From NCBI GenBank assembly GCA_018266755.1, contig JAFDZW010000005.1:967233-1031232 (forward strand): a DNA stretch of 64,000 bases. Direction: 5' to 3'. Source of the stretch: Bacteroidota bacterium (GTDB lineage: Bacteria > Bacteroidota > Ignavibacteria > Palsa-1295). The notes beneath the pieces are model-generated. The model made no database searches. It was not told the DNA's origin and saw nothing but the letters and a program-made list of their open reading frames with translations. Both the position numbers and the translations under genes were made by a program. How positions within the stretch are numbered: the stretch's first letter is position 1; each line of letters opens with the position of its first letter. Below are positions 47,966 to 57,097 of this stretch, piece after piece.

Positions 47966-49703
47966 TATTTTTATCTCATACTCGCGCCACGATTCGGAGC
48001 AGGCTCTTGGTTTGGTCGCTCACTTGCGCGCGCAGGGTGTGGATGTCTGGATCGACCAGCACGGCATCGAAGGGGCGGCGAGTTGGAGCAAGGAGATCGC
48101 CAACGCACTGGAATCCTGCCATACGATGCTCCTGCTGCTTTCGCCGACGGCTGTCACATCGGAGAACGTTGCGAAGGAATTGGCGGCCGCGACGCAGCTC
48201 AAGAAACGCATTGTCCCGGTACAGGTCATCCGCACTGCCCTCAGCGGTGAATTTCTCTATCATCTCTCCGGCCTGCAGCGCGTGAAGATCGCGGACGTCG
48301 ACGGCATTCTGCGTGCGATCAATACGAGTAAGTCGTCGGCCATCCCGATTCAGCCGAAGGCTGTACAACCTGTTGACGAGCGCAAGAGCCTCATGATTCT
48401 GCCGTTCAAGGATCTCTCCCCGACCGCCGATAACGGCTGGTTCGCCGACGGCATCGTCAGCGAACTCATCGACTCGCTCTCGCGCGTGAAGTCACTGCGA
48501 TTGGTAGATAAACAGACAACGAGCGAGTACAAGACCTATCAAGGTCATTTAGCTGATTATGCTCGCGAGATGCGCATTCGCTACTTCCTGCAGGGCGACG
48601 TTCGGAAGTTCGGCGATCAGATCAAGATCTCTTGCACGTTGCTCGATATCGACACCGCCGATCACTTATGGCAGATCTCCCACAAAGGGACGATGTCCGA
48701 TATCTTCGACATGCAGGAAGAACTTGCGAGAAAAGTGGTCGATGGGCTGAAGGTGCACCTGCTCGCATCGGAAGAGAAGAAGCTTGCGAACCGGGGTACG
48801 TCGAATGCCGAAGCGTATGAGATGTACTTGAAATCCGCAGAGTTCTTCGGCAAGCACACCAAGGTCGGCACGGAGCATGCGCTCGCCTCGATCAGGCGTG
48901 CGCTGGAGCTCGACCCCAACTTTCCACAGGCCATGCTTCGCTGTGCGATCATTCTGATCACATTGCATCAACATTTTGGATGGCCGGCCAACGTTCTGGA
49001 TGAGGCAGACCGTCTGCTTGAGGCTGCGCGGCTGGTGCTTTCCCCTACCGATGACTGGCGGGTGTTGGGGACACACGCGTTGCGATTGTGGGTATCCGGC
49101 GATCCTGATGCAGCCGAAGCATTGATGCGTGAGAACCTTCGCATCGATCCGGCGGACACGGATCGCCTCAACCAGCTCGGAGTCTTCCACTCGGTGCAGC
49201 ATCGGTTTTCAGAAGCGTTGGTCGAATTCGAAGCAATATTCGCCCTCACCCCAGATTCCTATCGCGCCGCCAGAACGTTGATCGGGACAGCATGGGCACT
49301 TCGAGATCGCGACCGCAAAGTGCAGTACGCACACCAGTTTTTCGATCTCGTGGTTGCGCGCATGAGCACCATGCCGGATGATGACGATGCTCGTATCGTC
49401 TATGGGCTGTTGCTGGTCTATCAAGGCAGGATCGACGAAGCACGGCAACAGCTCCATGCATTTCCGGACGATCACATCGTCATCGAAGAATCCTACCGCA
49501 ACCTTGCCGGGCTCGCCGCGATGGTCGGTGAAGGCGACCGCGCCATTCGTCTCTTGCAGACGTTCACCGAGCGGTTCGGGACAACGCTCACTGCTGAGCA
49601 TCTGCTGTGGTTTAGTGATCAGGAGTTCGAACCCATCAGCGATCGAGAAGAGTTTATTCGCCTCGAAGAAGAGTGGACACGCCGCGTACATTCTAATGGC
49701 TGA
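47958..49703 (+). CDS. TIR-domain protein, paralog C. Very similar to B across the TIR and TolB_N-like domains and divergent in the C-terminal TPR region
   Basis: 'MADIFISYSRHDSEQALGLVAHLRAQGVDVWIDQHGIEG'. Same ATGGCTGA junction at both ends. Confidence 0.8.
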   Translation: MADIFISYSRHDSEQALGLVAHLRAQGVDVWIDQHGIEGAASWSKEIANALESCHTMLLLLSPTAVTSENVAKELAAATQLKKRIVPVQVIRTALSGEFLYHLSGLQRVKIADVDGILRAINTSKSSAIPIQPKAVQPVDERKSLMILPFKDLSPTADNGWFADGIVSELIDSLSRVKSLRLVDKQTTSEYKTYQGHLADYAREMRIRYFLQGDVRKFGDQIKISCTLLDIDTADHLWQISHKGTMSDIFDMQEELARKVVDGLKVHLLASEEKKLANRGTSNAEAYEMYLKSAEFFGKHTKVGTEHALASIRRALELDPNFPQAMLRCAIILITLHQHFGWPANVLDEADRLLEAARLVLSPTDDWRVLGTHALRLWVSGDPDAAEALMRENLRIDPADTDRLNQLGVFHSVQHRFSEALVEFEAIFALTPDSYRAARTLIGTAWALRDRDRKVQYAHQFFDLVVARMSTMPDDDDARIVYGLLLVYQGRIDEARQQLHAFPDDHIVIEESYRNLAGLAAMVGEGDRAIRLLQTFTERFGTTLTAEHLLWFSDQEFEPISDREEFIRLEEEWTRRVHSNG

Positions 49704-51438
49704 TATTTTCATCTCATACTCACGCAAAGACCTCGACCAAGCGCTTTCGCTTGTCGAACGACTCAAGGCGGCCGGTTTTGATGTCTGGATCGACCGGCAC
49801 GGGATCGAGGGGGCGAATAGTTGGAGCAAGGAGATCGCCAATGCACTCGAATCGGCCTCGATCTTCTTGTTGCTACTCTCCGAATCTTCCGTCGCATCGC
49901 CGAATGTCTCGAAAGAACTCGGCGTCGCGACCCTGCTACAAAAACGGATCGTCCCGCTGCGACTGGACCGTGTCGAACTCCGAGGTGAGTTCTTGTATCA
50001 CTTGGCGAATCTGCAGTACGTTCGGTTCGAGGAGTTCGATGCGCTCGTGAGCGTTTTGAGTGGCAAGCCGACTCCGCGCGGAGTGACACCCGCAAAGAGC
50101 TCGGACGACCGCAAGAGCCTGATGATCCTGCCCTTCGACGACCTCTCGCCTACCGCGGACAACGGCTGGTTCGCCGATGGCATTGTCAGCGAAATGATCA
50201 GCGCTCTTTCGAACGTCAAATCATTGGTCGTCACTGACCCGCAGACGACCAAGGACTTCAAACGCTATAAAGGCGCGCTTCCTGCCTATGCGAAGGAGAT
50301 GTCGATCCGATATTTCGTGCATGGCGATGTGAGGAAGTTCGGGGACAGCATCAAGATCACCGCCCGTCTTCTGGATATTGCGACTGGAGATTACCTGTGG
50401 CAAGAGTCCATGAAAGGCACGATGAGCGACATCTTCGAGATCCAGGAGCATGTAGCGAAAAAGGTGCTTGATGGACTGGCGGCGATCCTTTCGACCGAAG
50501 AGACATCGACACTTTCCACGCACGGAACCAAGAACACCGACGCCTATGAACTATTCTTGAAGGCCTGCGAGTACTATGCACGAAACACGCTGGAAGGATT
50601 TCGACTTACTGCTCAGCTCTGCGACGAAGCGATCCGCCTTGAGCCCGAATATGTTCAGCCGATCAATTACAAGGCGCTCGCACTACTAGCGATCTATCGG
50701 CATTACGAACGAGACCCTCGGCTGTTGGGCGAAGCGGAGCGACTCTGTCAGGAGGCACTGCGGCTCAACGCTGGTTTTCGCCAAGCATACTTCCCTTTGT
50801 CGCAGATACAGTTGTATCGTGGCAAGATCGCTCAAGCAGAGGAGACCGCAATCGAATACATCAGGAAGGCGCCTGATGACTTTCACAGCCATTTCACGCT
50901 CGCTTTCGTCTACGGTCAAAGCAACAACTACTCCAGAGCGATCCCGCTCATGGAAGAAGCGATTCGTCTGCGGCCCGGCGATCTTGTCTTGTTGTGGAAC
51001 CTTGTGGTGGTGTGCGACAGTGCAGGCGCGAAAGAGAAATGCGCTCAGTGGGCTGAAGAAGCACTTCCGTACTTCGAACGCTATACTAAGCTGCATCCCG
51101 ATCATGAAGACAAACGTCTCATTCATGCGGCGCTTCTGCAGATGAGCGGAAGAACGGATGCCGCCCATGCTGCCGCGACAAGGCTCAAGGCCTCTCGAGA
51201 TGCGGTGACTCTCTACAATACTGCCTGTCTCTTTGGGAAGGTCGATGACAAGAACGAAGCACTCGCGACACTCAAAATGTCTATCGAGACAGGGATGAAG
51301 GACGTCGATGCACTAAAGCACTTTCTTGCCGATACTGATCAGGGGGTCGCGTCACTCTCGGGGACCCCGCAATTCGAAGAGGTGCTACGTTTGATTGAAT
51401 CGCTAGAAGGCGAAACCGATCCAAGAACGCATGGCTGA
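49696..51438 (+). CDS. TIR-domain protein, paralog D (TIR – TolB_N-like – TPR)
   Basis: 'MADIFISYSRKDLDQALSLVERLKAAGFDVWIDRHGIEG'. Start trimmed from ORF 49378..51438 to the Met overlapping the stop of C. Confidence 0.8.
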   Translation: MADIFISYSRKDLDQALSLVERLKAAGFDVWIDRHGIEGANSWSKEIANALESASIFLLLLSESSVASPNVSKELGVATLLQKRIVPLRLDRVELRGEFLYHLANLQYVRFEEFDALVSVLSGKPTPRGVTPAKSSDDRKSLMILPFDDLSPTADNGWFADGIVSEMISALSNVKSLVVTDPQTTKDFKRYKGALPAYAKEMSIRYFVHGDVRKFGDSIKITARLLDIATGDYLWQESMKGTMSDIFEIQEHVAKKVLDGLAAILSTEETSTLSTHGTKNTDAYELFLKACEYYARNTLEGFRLTAQLCDEAIRLEPEYVQPINYKALALLAIYRHYERDPRLLGEAERLCQEALRLNAGFRQAYFPLSQIQLYRGKIAQAEETAIEYIRKAPDDFHSHFTLAFVYGQSNNYSRAIPLMEEAIRLRPGDLVLLWNLVVVCDSAGAKEKCAQWAEEALPYFERYTKLHPDHEDKRLIHAALLQMSGRTDAAHAAATRLKASRDAVTLYNTACLFGKVDDKNEALATLKMSIETGMKDVDALKHFLADTDQGVASLSGTPQFEEVLRLIESLEGETDPRTHG

Positions 51439-51550
51439 TATGTTCATCTCGTACTCACACAAAGACCTTGAGCAGGAAATGTCGCTTGTCGAGCGATTCA
51501 TTTCACCAGACGCCCTGATTTTCTCATTCCATCTATCATTATGTCACTGA
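51431..51550 (+). pseudogene. 5' remnant of a further TIR paralog (MADMFISYSHKDLEQEMSLVERF..., 39 codons then stop)
   Basis: Starts at the same ATGGCTGA junction on the stop of paralog D. Keeps ~22 aa of the TIR N-terminus, then diverges and terminates where the BNR gene begins. Confidence 0.6.
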
Positions 51551-53367
51551 AACACCTTGCCCTGATAGTATTGATCTCTTCTGCCCGAATTGCGACGGCG
51601 CAGGAGGTTGCACCGCAGACTCCGGAATCCGACCGTGAACTCAGTCGTGCTCTGAAAGTCGCGAAGCTCGGCGATCGACTCTATCGGGAATGCGACGTAT
51701 TTCGGCGCGTGATCGATCATCAACTATCTCAACAGCCAGCATCGCAAGTATCGAGCGTTCTATCGACCGAACCACTTCAGTCGCTCGGCGACACATCACT
51801 GGATATTACGCATTCCTCTTCAGACGAGTCTGAGACAACCGTCGCGATCAGCCGTACGAATCCAAACATGATCGTTGTCGGGTTCAATGACGCGGCACAA
51901 ATAGCGAATGGGATAGGCATGACCGCCTGCGTTTCCACCGATGCCGGAAATACGTGGTCACGACAGCATTTGCCAAAAGTGAATTTCCACGGAGCAAACG
52001 CGTGGTGCGATCCTATTCTCACGTGCGATGATTCCGGCATGTTCTACTATGCCTTCCTCATCATCACACCCAACATGTCGCTGAGTGATATTATGGTCGG
52101 GCGCAGCAAAGACGGTCGGAATTGGGTGCTGGGGTCACCGGTTGTCGGTGACACGATCGCACCAACCAAACTGCAGGATAAACCCACGATCGCTGTCGAT
52201 CGCGATCCGAACAGCCCATACCACGGGAGGCTCTATATTGCATGGTCGGAATATCCGTCACTCGCCGACACATTGTGGGATGGGATCAATTATGTGGCAT
52301 ATAGCGATGATCATGGCGTCAGTTGGTCAAAGCCGTTAGAGTATAGCACCGCATTCGGACACTTTGCAACACTGCGTATCGGCAAAGGCGGAACGGTGTT
52401 CATTTCTTCGAATAACTTTCGCGACGAGACCGTTGCCTCGTTCGCCGTGGAAGTCTCGCATGACGGCGCTAAGACGTTCTCTGAGTATCCGATCGCGATG
52501 CGACAAAAAGCATATCCCGTCGATCATAATGTCTATATGTATGCCATGTTAAAGGGGTCGAAGGGTTTCCGAATCGACCCCTACATTAGCTTCGATCTCG
52601 ATCCCGAAACAAATGATCTGTTTGCCGTGTACGGATCGTACGACACGATCAAGAAAGCCGCCCGCGAATTCATCGTTCGTTCGACCGACGAAGGCGTGTC
52701 GTGGTCATCCCCCATTCAGGTAGGCGATCCAACGCTCTTAGGACTCGACCATTGTATGCCGTGGGTGAGCTTCGACCCCTCTACAAAAAAGGCATACGTA
52801 ACAATGTATAGTTCTGAAGAGGATACAGCCAATGTGCTTATGCGGAGAGTTCGATACTCCTTCGATACACCAACGAACGCCGAGCCGCTCGGGACCCGAC
52901 TTTTCAACCCACTCCTCGCTTCAGTCGCGACCGGGGGTCGTTGGGCTAATATGGGCGACTATACGTATAGCGATGCCTTCGGTGGCACGTTCGTCGATGT
53001 CTGGGCCGAGAACCGTCCACCCAGCTACAATGACGGCGATGTCTTCGCATACGTTTCTTCACCGGCGACACACGCCGGTGTGATCCGTCAACTCAATGCA
53101 CCAACGATCGCGATCAGTGACCTCAGCCCGAATCCGGTGCATGGAGATCGGATCAGCTTCACACTGACCGGCGACCGTTCGAGGGAAGTACTCATTCATG
53201 TGCAAGACGTTCTGGGGCACGAAGTCTTGAGTGCCACTGCAAAGCTGGATGCAGGTACTCTCACAGATGTAACACTCGATATCGGAACGCTCGCCGCCGG
53301 GAGCTATCTCATAGTTATCGATGGCAATGACGAATCTGTCTGCCGGCGTTTTGTCATTGTTCGATAA
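51541..53367 (+). CDS. T9SS cargo: BNR/Asp-box repeat sialidase-like glycosyl hydrolase, sitting inside the TIR array
   Basis: Signal peptide. Asp-boxes 'STDAGNTWS', 'SDDHGVSWS', 'STDEGVSWS'. C-terminal 'LSPNPVHGD...GSYLIVIDGNDESVCRRFVIVR' T9SS CTD. Confidence 0.7.
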   Translation: MSLKHLALIVLISSARIATAQEVAPQTPESDRELSRALKVAKLGDRLYRECDVFRRVIDHQLSQQPASQVSSVLSTEPLQSLGDTSLDITHSSSDESETTVAISRTNPNMIVVGFNDAAQIANGIGMTACVSTDAGNTWSRQHLPKVNFHGANAWCDPILTCDDSGMFYYAFLIITPNMSLSDIMVGRSKDGRNWVLGSPVVGDTIAPTKLQDKPTIAVDRDPNSPYHGRLYIAWSEYPSLADTLWDGINYVAYSDDHGVSWSKPLEYSTAFGHFATLRIGKGGTVFISSNNFRDETVASFAVEVSHDGAKTFSEYPIAMRQKAYPVDHNVYMYAMLKGSKGFRIDPYISFDLDPETNDLFAVYGSYDTIKKAAREFIVRSTDEGVSWSSPIQVGDPTLLGLDHCMPWVSFDPSTKKAYVTMYSSEEDTANVLMRRVRYSFDTPTNAEPLGTRLFNPLLASVATGGRWANMGDYTYSDAFGGTFVDVWAENRPPSYNDGDVFAYVSSPATHAGVIRQLNAPTIAISDLSPNPVHGDRISFTLTGDRSREVLIHVQDVLGHEVLSATAKLDAGTLTDVTLDIGTLAAGSYLIVIDGNDESVCRRFVIVR

Positions 53368-53382
53368 TTTCCCGAACGACCC

Positions 53383-55116
53383 GTGGCTGATATCTTCATC
53401 TCATACTCACGCAAAGACGCCGAAGCGGCGCTCGCATTAGCGGAGCGTCTGCGCAGTGACGGCGCGAGCGTGTGGATGGATACAGCCGCATTGGCGGCAG
53501 CCGAGACCTGGAGCGCGGAGATCGTCACTGCGATCGAAGGGTGTACGTTCTTCATCGTCCTGATCTCACCGAATGCTGTGGCGAGCAGAAACGTGACCAA
53601 AGAGGTGTCGCTCGCTTCGGAGTCGAAGAAGACGATCATCCCGATCGAGCTCGTGCGGTGCGAACTCAATCCCGCAATGAAGTATGCGCTCGCCGGCCTG
53701 CAGAAGGTGAAGCTCCACGATGAAGTAACACTGCACCGCAGCCTTTCCAAACTGGGACTCGCTCCGGGAGTTCATACTGCACCGTCGGCTCCCCAAGCAG
53801 TAGCATCGCCATCTCGTGCGGACTCTGGCCCCACACGCCTTGCCGTGTTTCCGTTCGAAGATCAATCGCCCACACGCGACCACGAGTGGTTCAGCGATGG
53901 GCTCACCGATGAACTGATCTCGATGCTCAACAAGGTCGATGCGCTGCTCGTACTCGATCGCAACTCGACGCGCGCATATCGCGATGCGAAGATGACGACC
54001 AAGCAGATCGCTCGTGAACTGCAGGTACGATATGTGATCGTCGGTGCCGTCCGCAAAGCGGGCGAGAAGATCAGGGTTCAGGCATCGCTCATCGATCCCG
54101 AGACCGGAAAGGTGCTGTGGGATGAGAAGTTCAACGGCACCATGGACGATATCTTCGAGATCCAGGAGAAGACGGCCCGAGATATTGTCGAAGGACTGAA
54201 GATCACGCTCACCCCGGCAGAACGCAGCTCACTCGATCAGAAGATGACGGACTCGCCCGAGGCATACGAACTGCTCATGCGAGCGAGCCGCAAACTCGAT
54301 GAGGAAATGGATCATGCCGGAGGAACGCGCTTGGCAGAACGCGCCTTGGAGATTGATCCGAACTGTGCCGCAGCCCTTTATCTGATCTCGGTCGCGACGT
54401 CGAACCAATATCGAATCGGTAACCGATCCGATGCGTCACTGCTCGAACGCGAACGCGGACTCGTCAAGCAACTGATGACACTTGCTCCTGAGACGCACTA
54501 TTGTTATATCGCCCGAGCAAATTATTACCTGAACATCGACGAGACGGAGCTCGCCGTGGAAATGGCGGAGCGAGCCGTCAGCGTTAGTCCGAAACGCCCC
54601 CGATCTCACGGTGTGCTTGGGTTTATTTATTCGCGTCTCAATCGTCCGGCCGATGCGGTCAGAGAATTTCGTCGTGCGATCGAGCTCGATCCGAACTCCG
54701 GTACTGATCATGTCAGCCTCTTGACCGTCCTCTTTGTCAGTGGAGCGCCGCTCGAACAATTGCGCGCCCAGTACCCGAACGTCAAACGACACCTTGACGC
54801 ACGGATAGCTGAGTACCCCGACTCGCTCAGGATTCGGACGGAACTGCTGAATGCTGCCATCCAAGCGCAAATCCCGGACGATGCCGTAGCAGTTGCTGAA
54901 GCCATCCTCGCCAGAGGAGATGTGGACGCTGATACCGAATACTGTTGCGCCGAGGCCTTCGTACTCGCCGGCGATCTCGAGCGAGGCCGCACACATCTTC
55001 GCTCCGCGATCGATCGAGGCCAGGACACCTTCACCATTTGGGATGAATCCGGTTTCCTCCCGCTCAACGGCACGCCGGAATACGACTTCCTGGTTGCACA
55101 TATTGCAAGAGACTAA
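53383..55116 (+). CDS. TIR-domain protein, paralog F (TIR – TolB_N-like – TPR). GTG start
   Basis: '(V)ADIFISYSRKDAEAALALAERLRSDGASVWMDTAALAAAETW', 'LAVFPFEDQSPTRDHEWFSDGLTDELI'. Confidence 0.75.
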   Translation: MADIFISYSRKDAEAALALAERLRSDGASVWMDTAALAAAETWSAEIVTAIEGCTFFIVLISPNAVASRNVTKEVSLASESKKTIIPIELVRCELNPAMKYALAGLQKVKLHDEVTLHRSLSKLGLAPGVHTAPSAPQAVASPSRADSGPTRLAVFPFEDQSPTRDHEWFSDGLTDELISMLNKVDALLVLDRNSTRAYRDAKMTTKQIARELQVRYVIVGAVRKAGEKIRVQASLIDPETGKVLWDEKFNGTMDDIFEIQEKTARDIVEGLKITLTPAERSSLDQKMTDSPEAYELLMRASRKLDEEMDHAGGTRLAERALEIDPNCAAALYLISVATSNQYRIGNRSDASLLERERGLVKQLMTLAPETHYCYIARANYYLNIDETELAVEMAERAVSVSPKRPRSHGVLGFIYSRLNRPADAVREFRRAIELDPNSGTDHVSLLTVLFVSGAPLEQLRAQYPNVKRHLDARIAEYPDSLRIRTELLNAAIQAQIPDDAVAVAEAILARGDVDADTEYCCAEAFVLAGDLERGRTHLRSAIDRGQDTFTIWDESGFLPLNGTPEYDFLVAHIARD

Positions 55117-55117
55117 C

Positions 55118-56839
55118 GTGGCAGATATTTTCATTTCATACTCACGCAAAGATTCCGAGCAGGCACTCGCACTTGCCGATCGGCTACGCTCGAGCGGAGC
55201 GGATGTCTGGATGGACACCGCATCGCTGACGGCGGCAGAAACATGGAGCGCGGAGATAGTGTCGGCGATCCGCAGTTGTCACACGTTCATCGTGATGCTC
55301 TCGCCGAATTCGGTCACTTCGAAGAATGTGGTGAAAGAAGTCGGGCTGGCGTCGGAGCGCGACAAACGGATCATCCCGATCGTGCTCGAGCCATGCGTTC
55401 TCAGCGATGCAATGCAGTACGCACTCGCGGGCATTCATCACGTAAAGATCAACGACCGGGACGCATTGGACCGAGCATTAAGCAAGATCGGCCTCGTCGC
55501 AACCACCCCCGTCGCTGAAGCACCGAGCGACCCGGTATCTGCATTCCCCGACAACCTCATTCGCATCGCCGTGCTGCCGTTCGATGACCAATCCCCTGCC
55601 CATGACCACGAATGGTTCAGCGATGGCCTGACCGACGAACTGATCTTGACATTGAATAAGCTCGATGCACTCTTTGTGCTTGACCGGAAATCTTCGCAAC
55701 TCTACAAGGATGCTCGCATCTCCGTGAAGCAGATCGCGGCCGAGCTCAACGTCCGCTACATCATTAGCGGCGCCGTGCGCAAAGCCGGACAGAACATTCG
55801 CGTGCAGGTGTCACTCATAGAGGCGACATCGGGCGTAACGCTCTGGGATGAAAAATTCTCGGGGACGATGGATGACATCTTTGAGATCCAGGAAAGAACC
55901 GCGTTCGACATTGCCGAAGGCTTGAAGCTGAAGCTCACGCCGGCTGAAATGCTCCTGCTCGAAGAAAAGACAACAACATCTTCTGAAGCGTATCGTCTGC
56001 TTCTGCAAGCCCGGGAAAAGAACAACAGCTTCGCCGACAGTGCCGGCGCCATTGAGGATCTCAAGCATGCCATCAGGATCGATCCCGGATTCCTTCCCGC
56101 ATACGCGATACTCTCTGTCGCGTATGCAAACGAATATCGCAGCTCGAACCGTACCAACGCAACCCTCCTCGATCTCTCGAAACGAGCAATGGACGAGATC
56201 AGGCAAATCGATCCGAACTCGCCCTTCTACTATGGTCCATGCGCCAATTACTATCTGAATATCGGCGAGCGCGAACTCGCATTGGACATGGCGAACAAGC
56301 TCGTTGAGCTTCGGCCAAAACAATTTGTGTCGTACGCGATCCTCGGATTCATGCAGGATTCGCTCGGCAACTACCGCGAGGCGATGCGCGCGTTCCAACG
56401 GGCCATCGAGCTCGATCCGGCAACGGCCACGAACTATGTGAAGCTGGCTACCGCGGCGTTCCGACTGGGCGAAATGGATGCGATCGAATGGTGTTGGGAG
56501 AAAGGGCGGCCGTTGTACGAGCGCTTGATCGCAGCACACCCGGAACGGATGTGGGCCAAACTGGAGTACTTGTTTCTCTCCCTCTTTGCTGGGTATGTTG
56601 ACATTGCTGTAGAAATGGCAGAATCGATCGAACGCTTACCTGACCTCCCTCTCGAGACCCATACGCAGCTTGCCGCAGTCTGGATGGCCAATGGCCAGAT
56701 CGAGCGCGGGACCAAAGCGTTACAGTATGCGATCGACGGAGGGTATGTGGCGTTCGAAGGCATGGACCGACGTCTCTATCGCGCGATCGAAGGCACACCG
56801 TTGTACCAGTTCGTCCTCGATCACATTGTACGACCCTGA
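55118..56839 (+). CDS. TIR-domain protein, paralog G (TIR – TolB_N-like – TPR). GTG start. Closest to F
   Basis: '(V)ADIFISYSRKDSEQALALADRLRSSGADVWMDTASLTAAETW', 'IAVLPFDDQSPAHDHEWFSDGLTDELI'. Start inferred inside ORF 54893..56839. Confidence 0.75.
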   Translation: MADIFISYSRKDSEQALALADRLRSSGADVWMDTASLTAAETWSAEIVSAIRSCHTFIVMLSPNSVTSKNVVKEVGLASERDKRIIPIVLEPCVLSDAMQYALAGIHHVKINDRDALDRALSKIGLVATTPVAEAPSDPVSAFPDNLIRIAVLPFDDQSPAHDHEWFSDGLTDELILTLNKLDALFVLDRKSSQLYKDARISVKQIAAELNVRYIISGAVRKAGQNIRVQVSLIEATSGVTLWDEKFSGTMDDIFEIQERTAFDIAEGLKLKLTPAEMLLLEEKTTTSSEAYRLLLQAREKNNSFADSAGAIEDLKHAIRIDPGFLPAYAILSVAYANEYRSSNRTNATLLDLSKRAMDEIRQIDPNSPFYYGPCANYYLNIGERELALDMANKLVELRPKQFVSYAILGFMQDSLGNYREAMRAFQRAIELDPATATNYVKLATAAFRLGEMDAIEWCWEKGRPLYERLIAAHPERMWAKLEYLFLSLFAGYVDIAVEMAESIERLPDLPLETHTQLAAVWMANGQIERGTKALQYAIDGGYVAFEGMDRRLYRAIEGTPLYQFVLDHIVRP

Positions 56840-57097
56840 CCAAGAGGCGGGCAACTCAACTCAAGTACGAGATAGGGCTACCAACCTCCTCTGACTCTCC
56901 CAGAATTTGTCCACAGCTCCTTGGACTATCACCCAAGATCGTGGCTCTCTGTGCCAATTGAATTATTTGTAACAACTTATATGTTTTGACATAGAATAGA
57001 GCAAGCCTAATGCATCATTGCTTCGTACACCCTGTCTGTTCGATCCAATGAATTGAATTACCTCTTTGATCTTAACTCATAATCTAAGGATACACGA

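Noticed and set aside
54436-56539. Minus-strand ORFs (54436..55218 and 55811..56539) antisense to TIR paralogs F and G
   Set aside because: The plus-strand frames carry conserved TIR/TolB_N/TPR signatures shared by six paralogs. The antisense ORFs are not conserved between the paralogs
44410-56839. Possibility that the TIR-TPR proteins are Avs/STAND NTPases or a CRISPR-like repeat array
   Set aside because: No Walker A/B or NACHT/NB-ARC motifs were found between the TIR and TPR regions. The periodic ~1.73-kb repeat is protein-coding gene duplication and not a CRISPR array, since there are no short direct repeats with spacers
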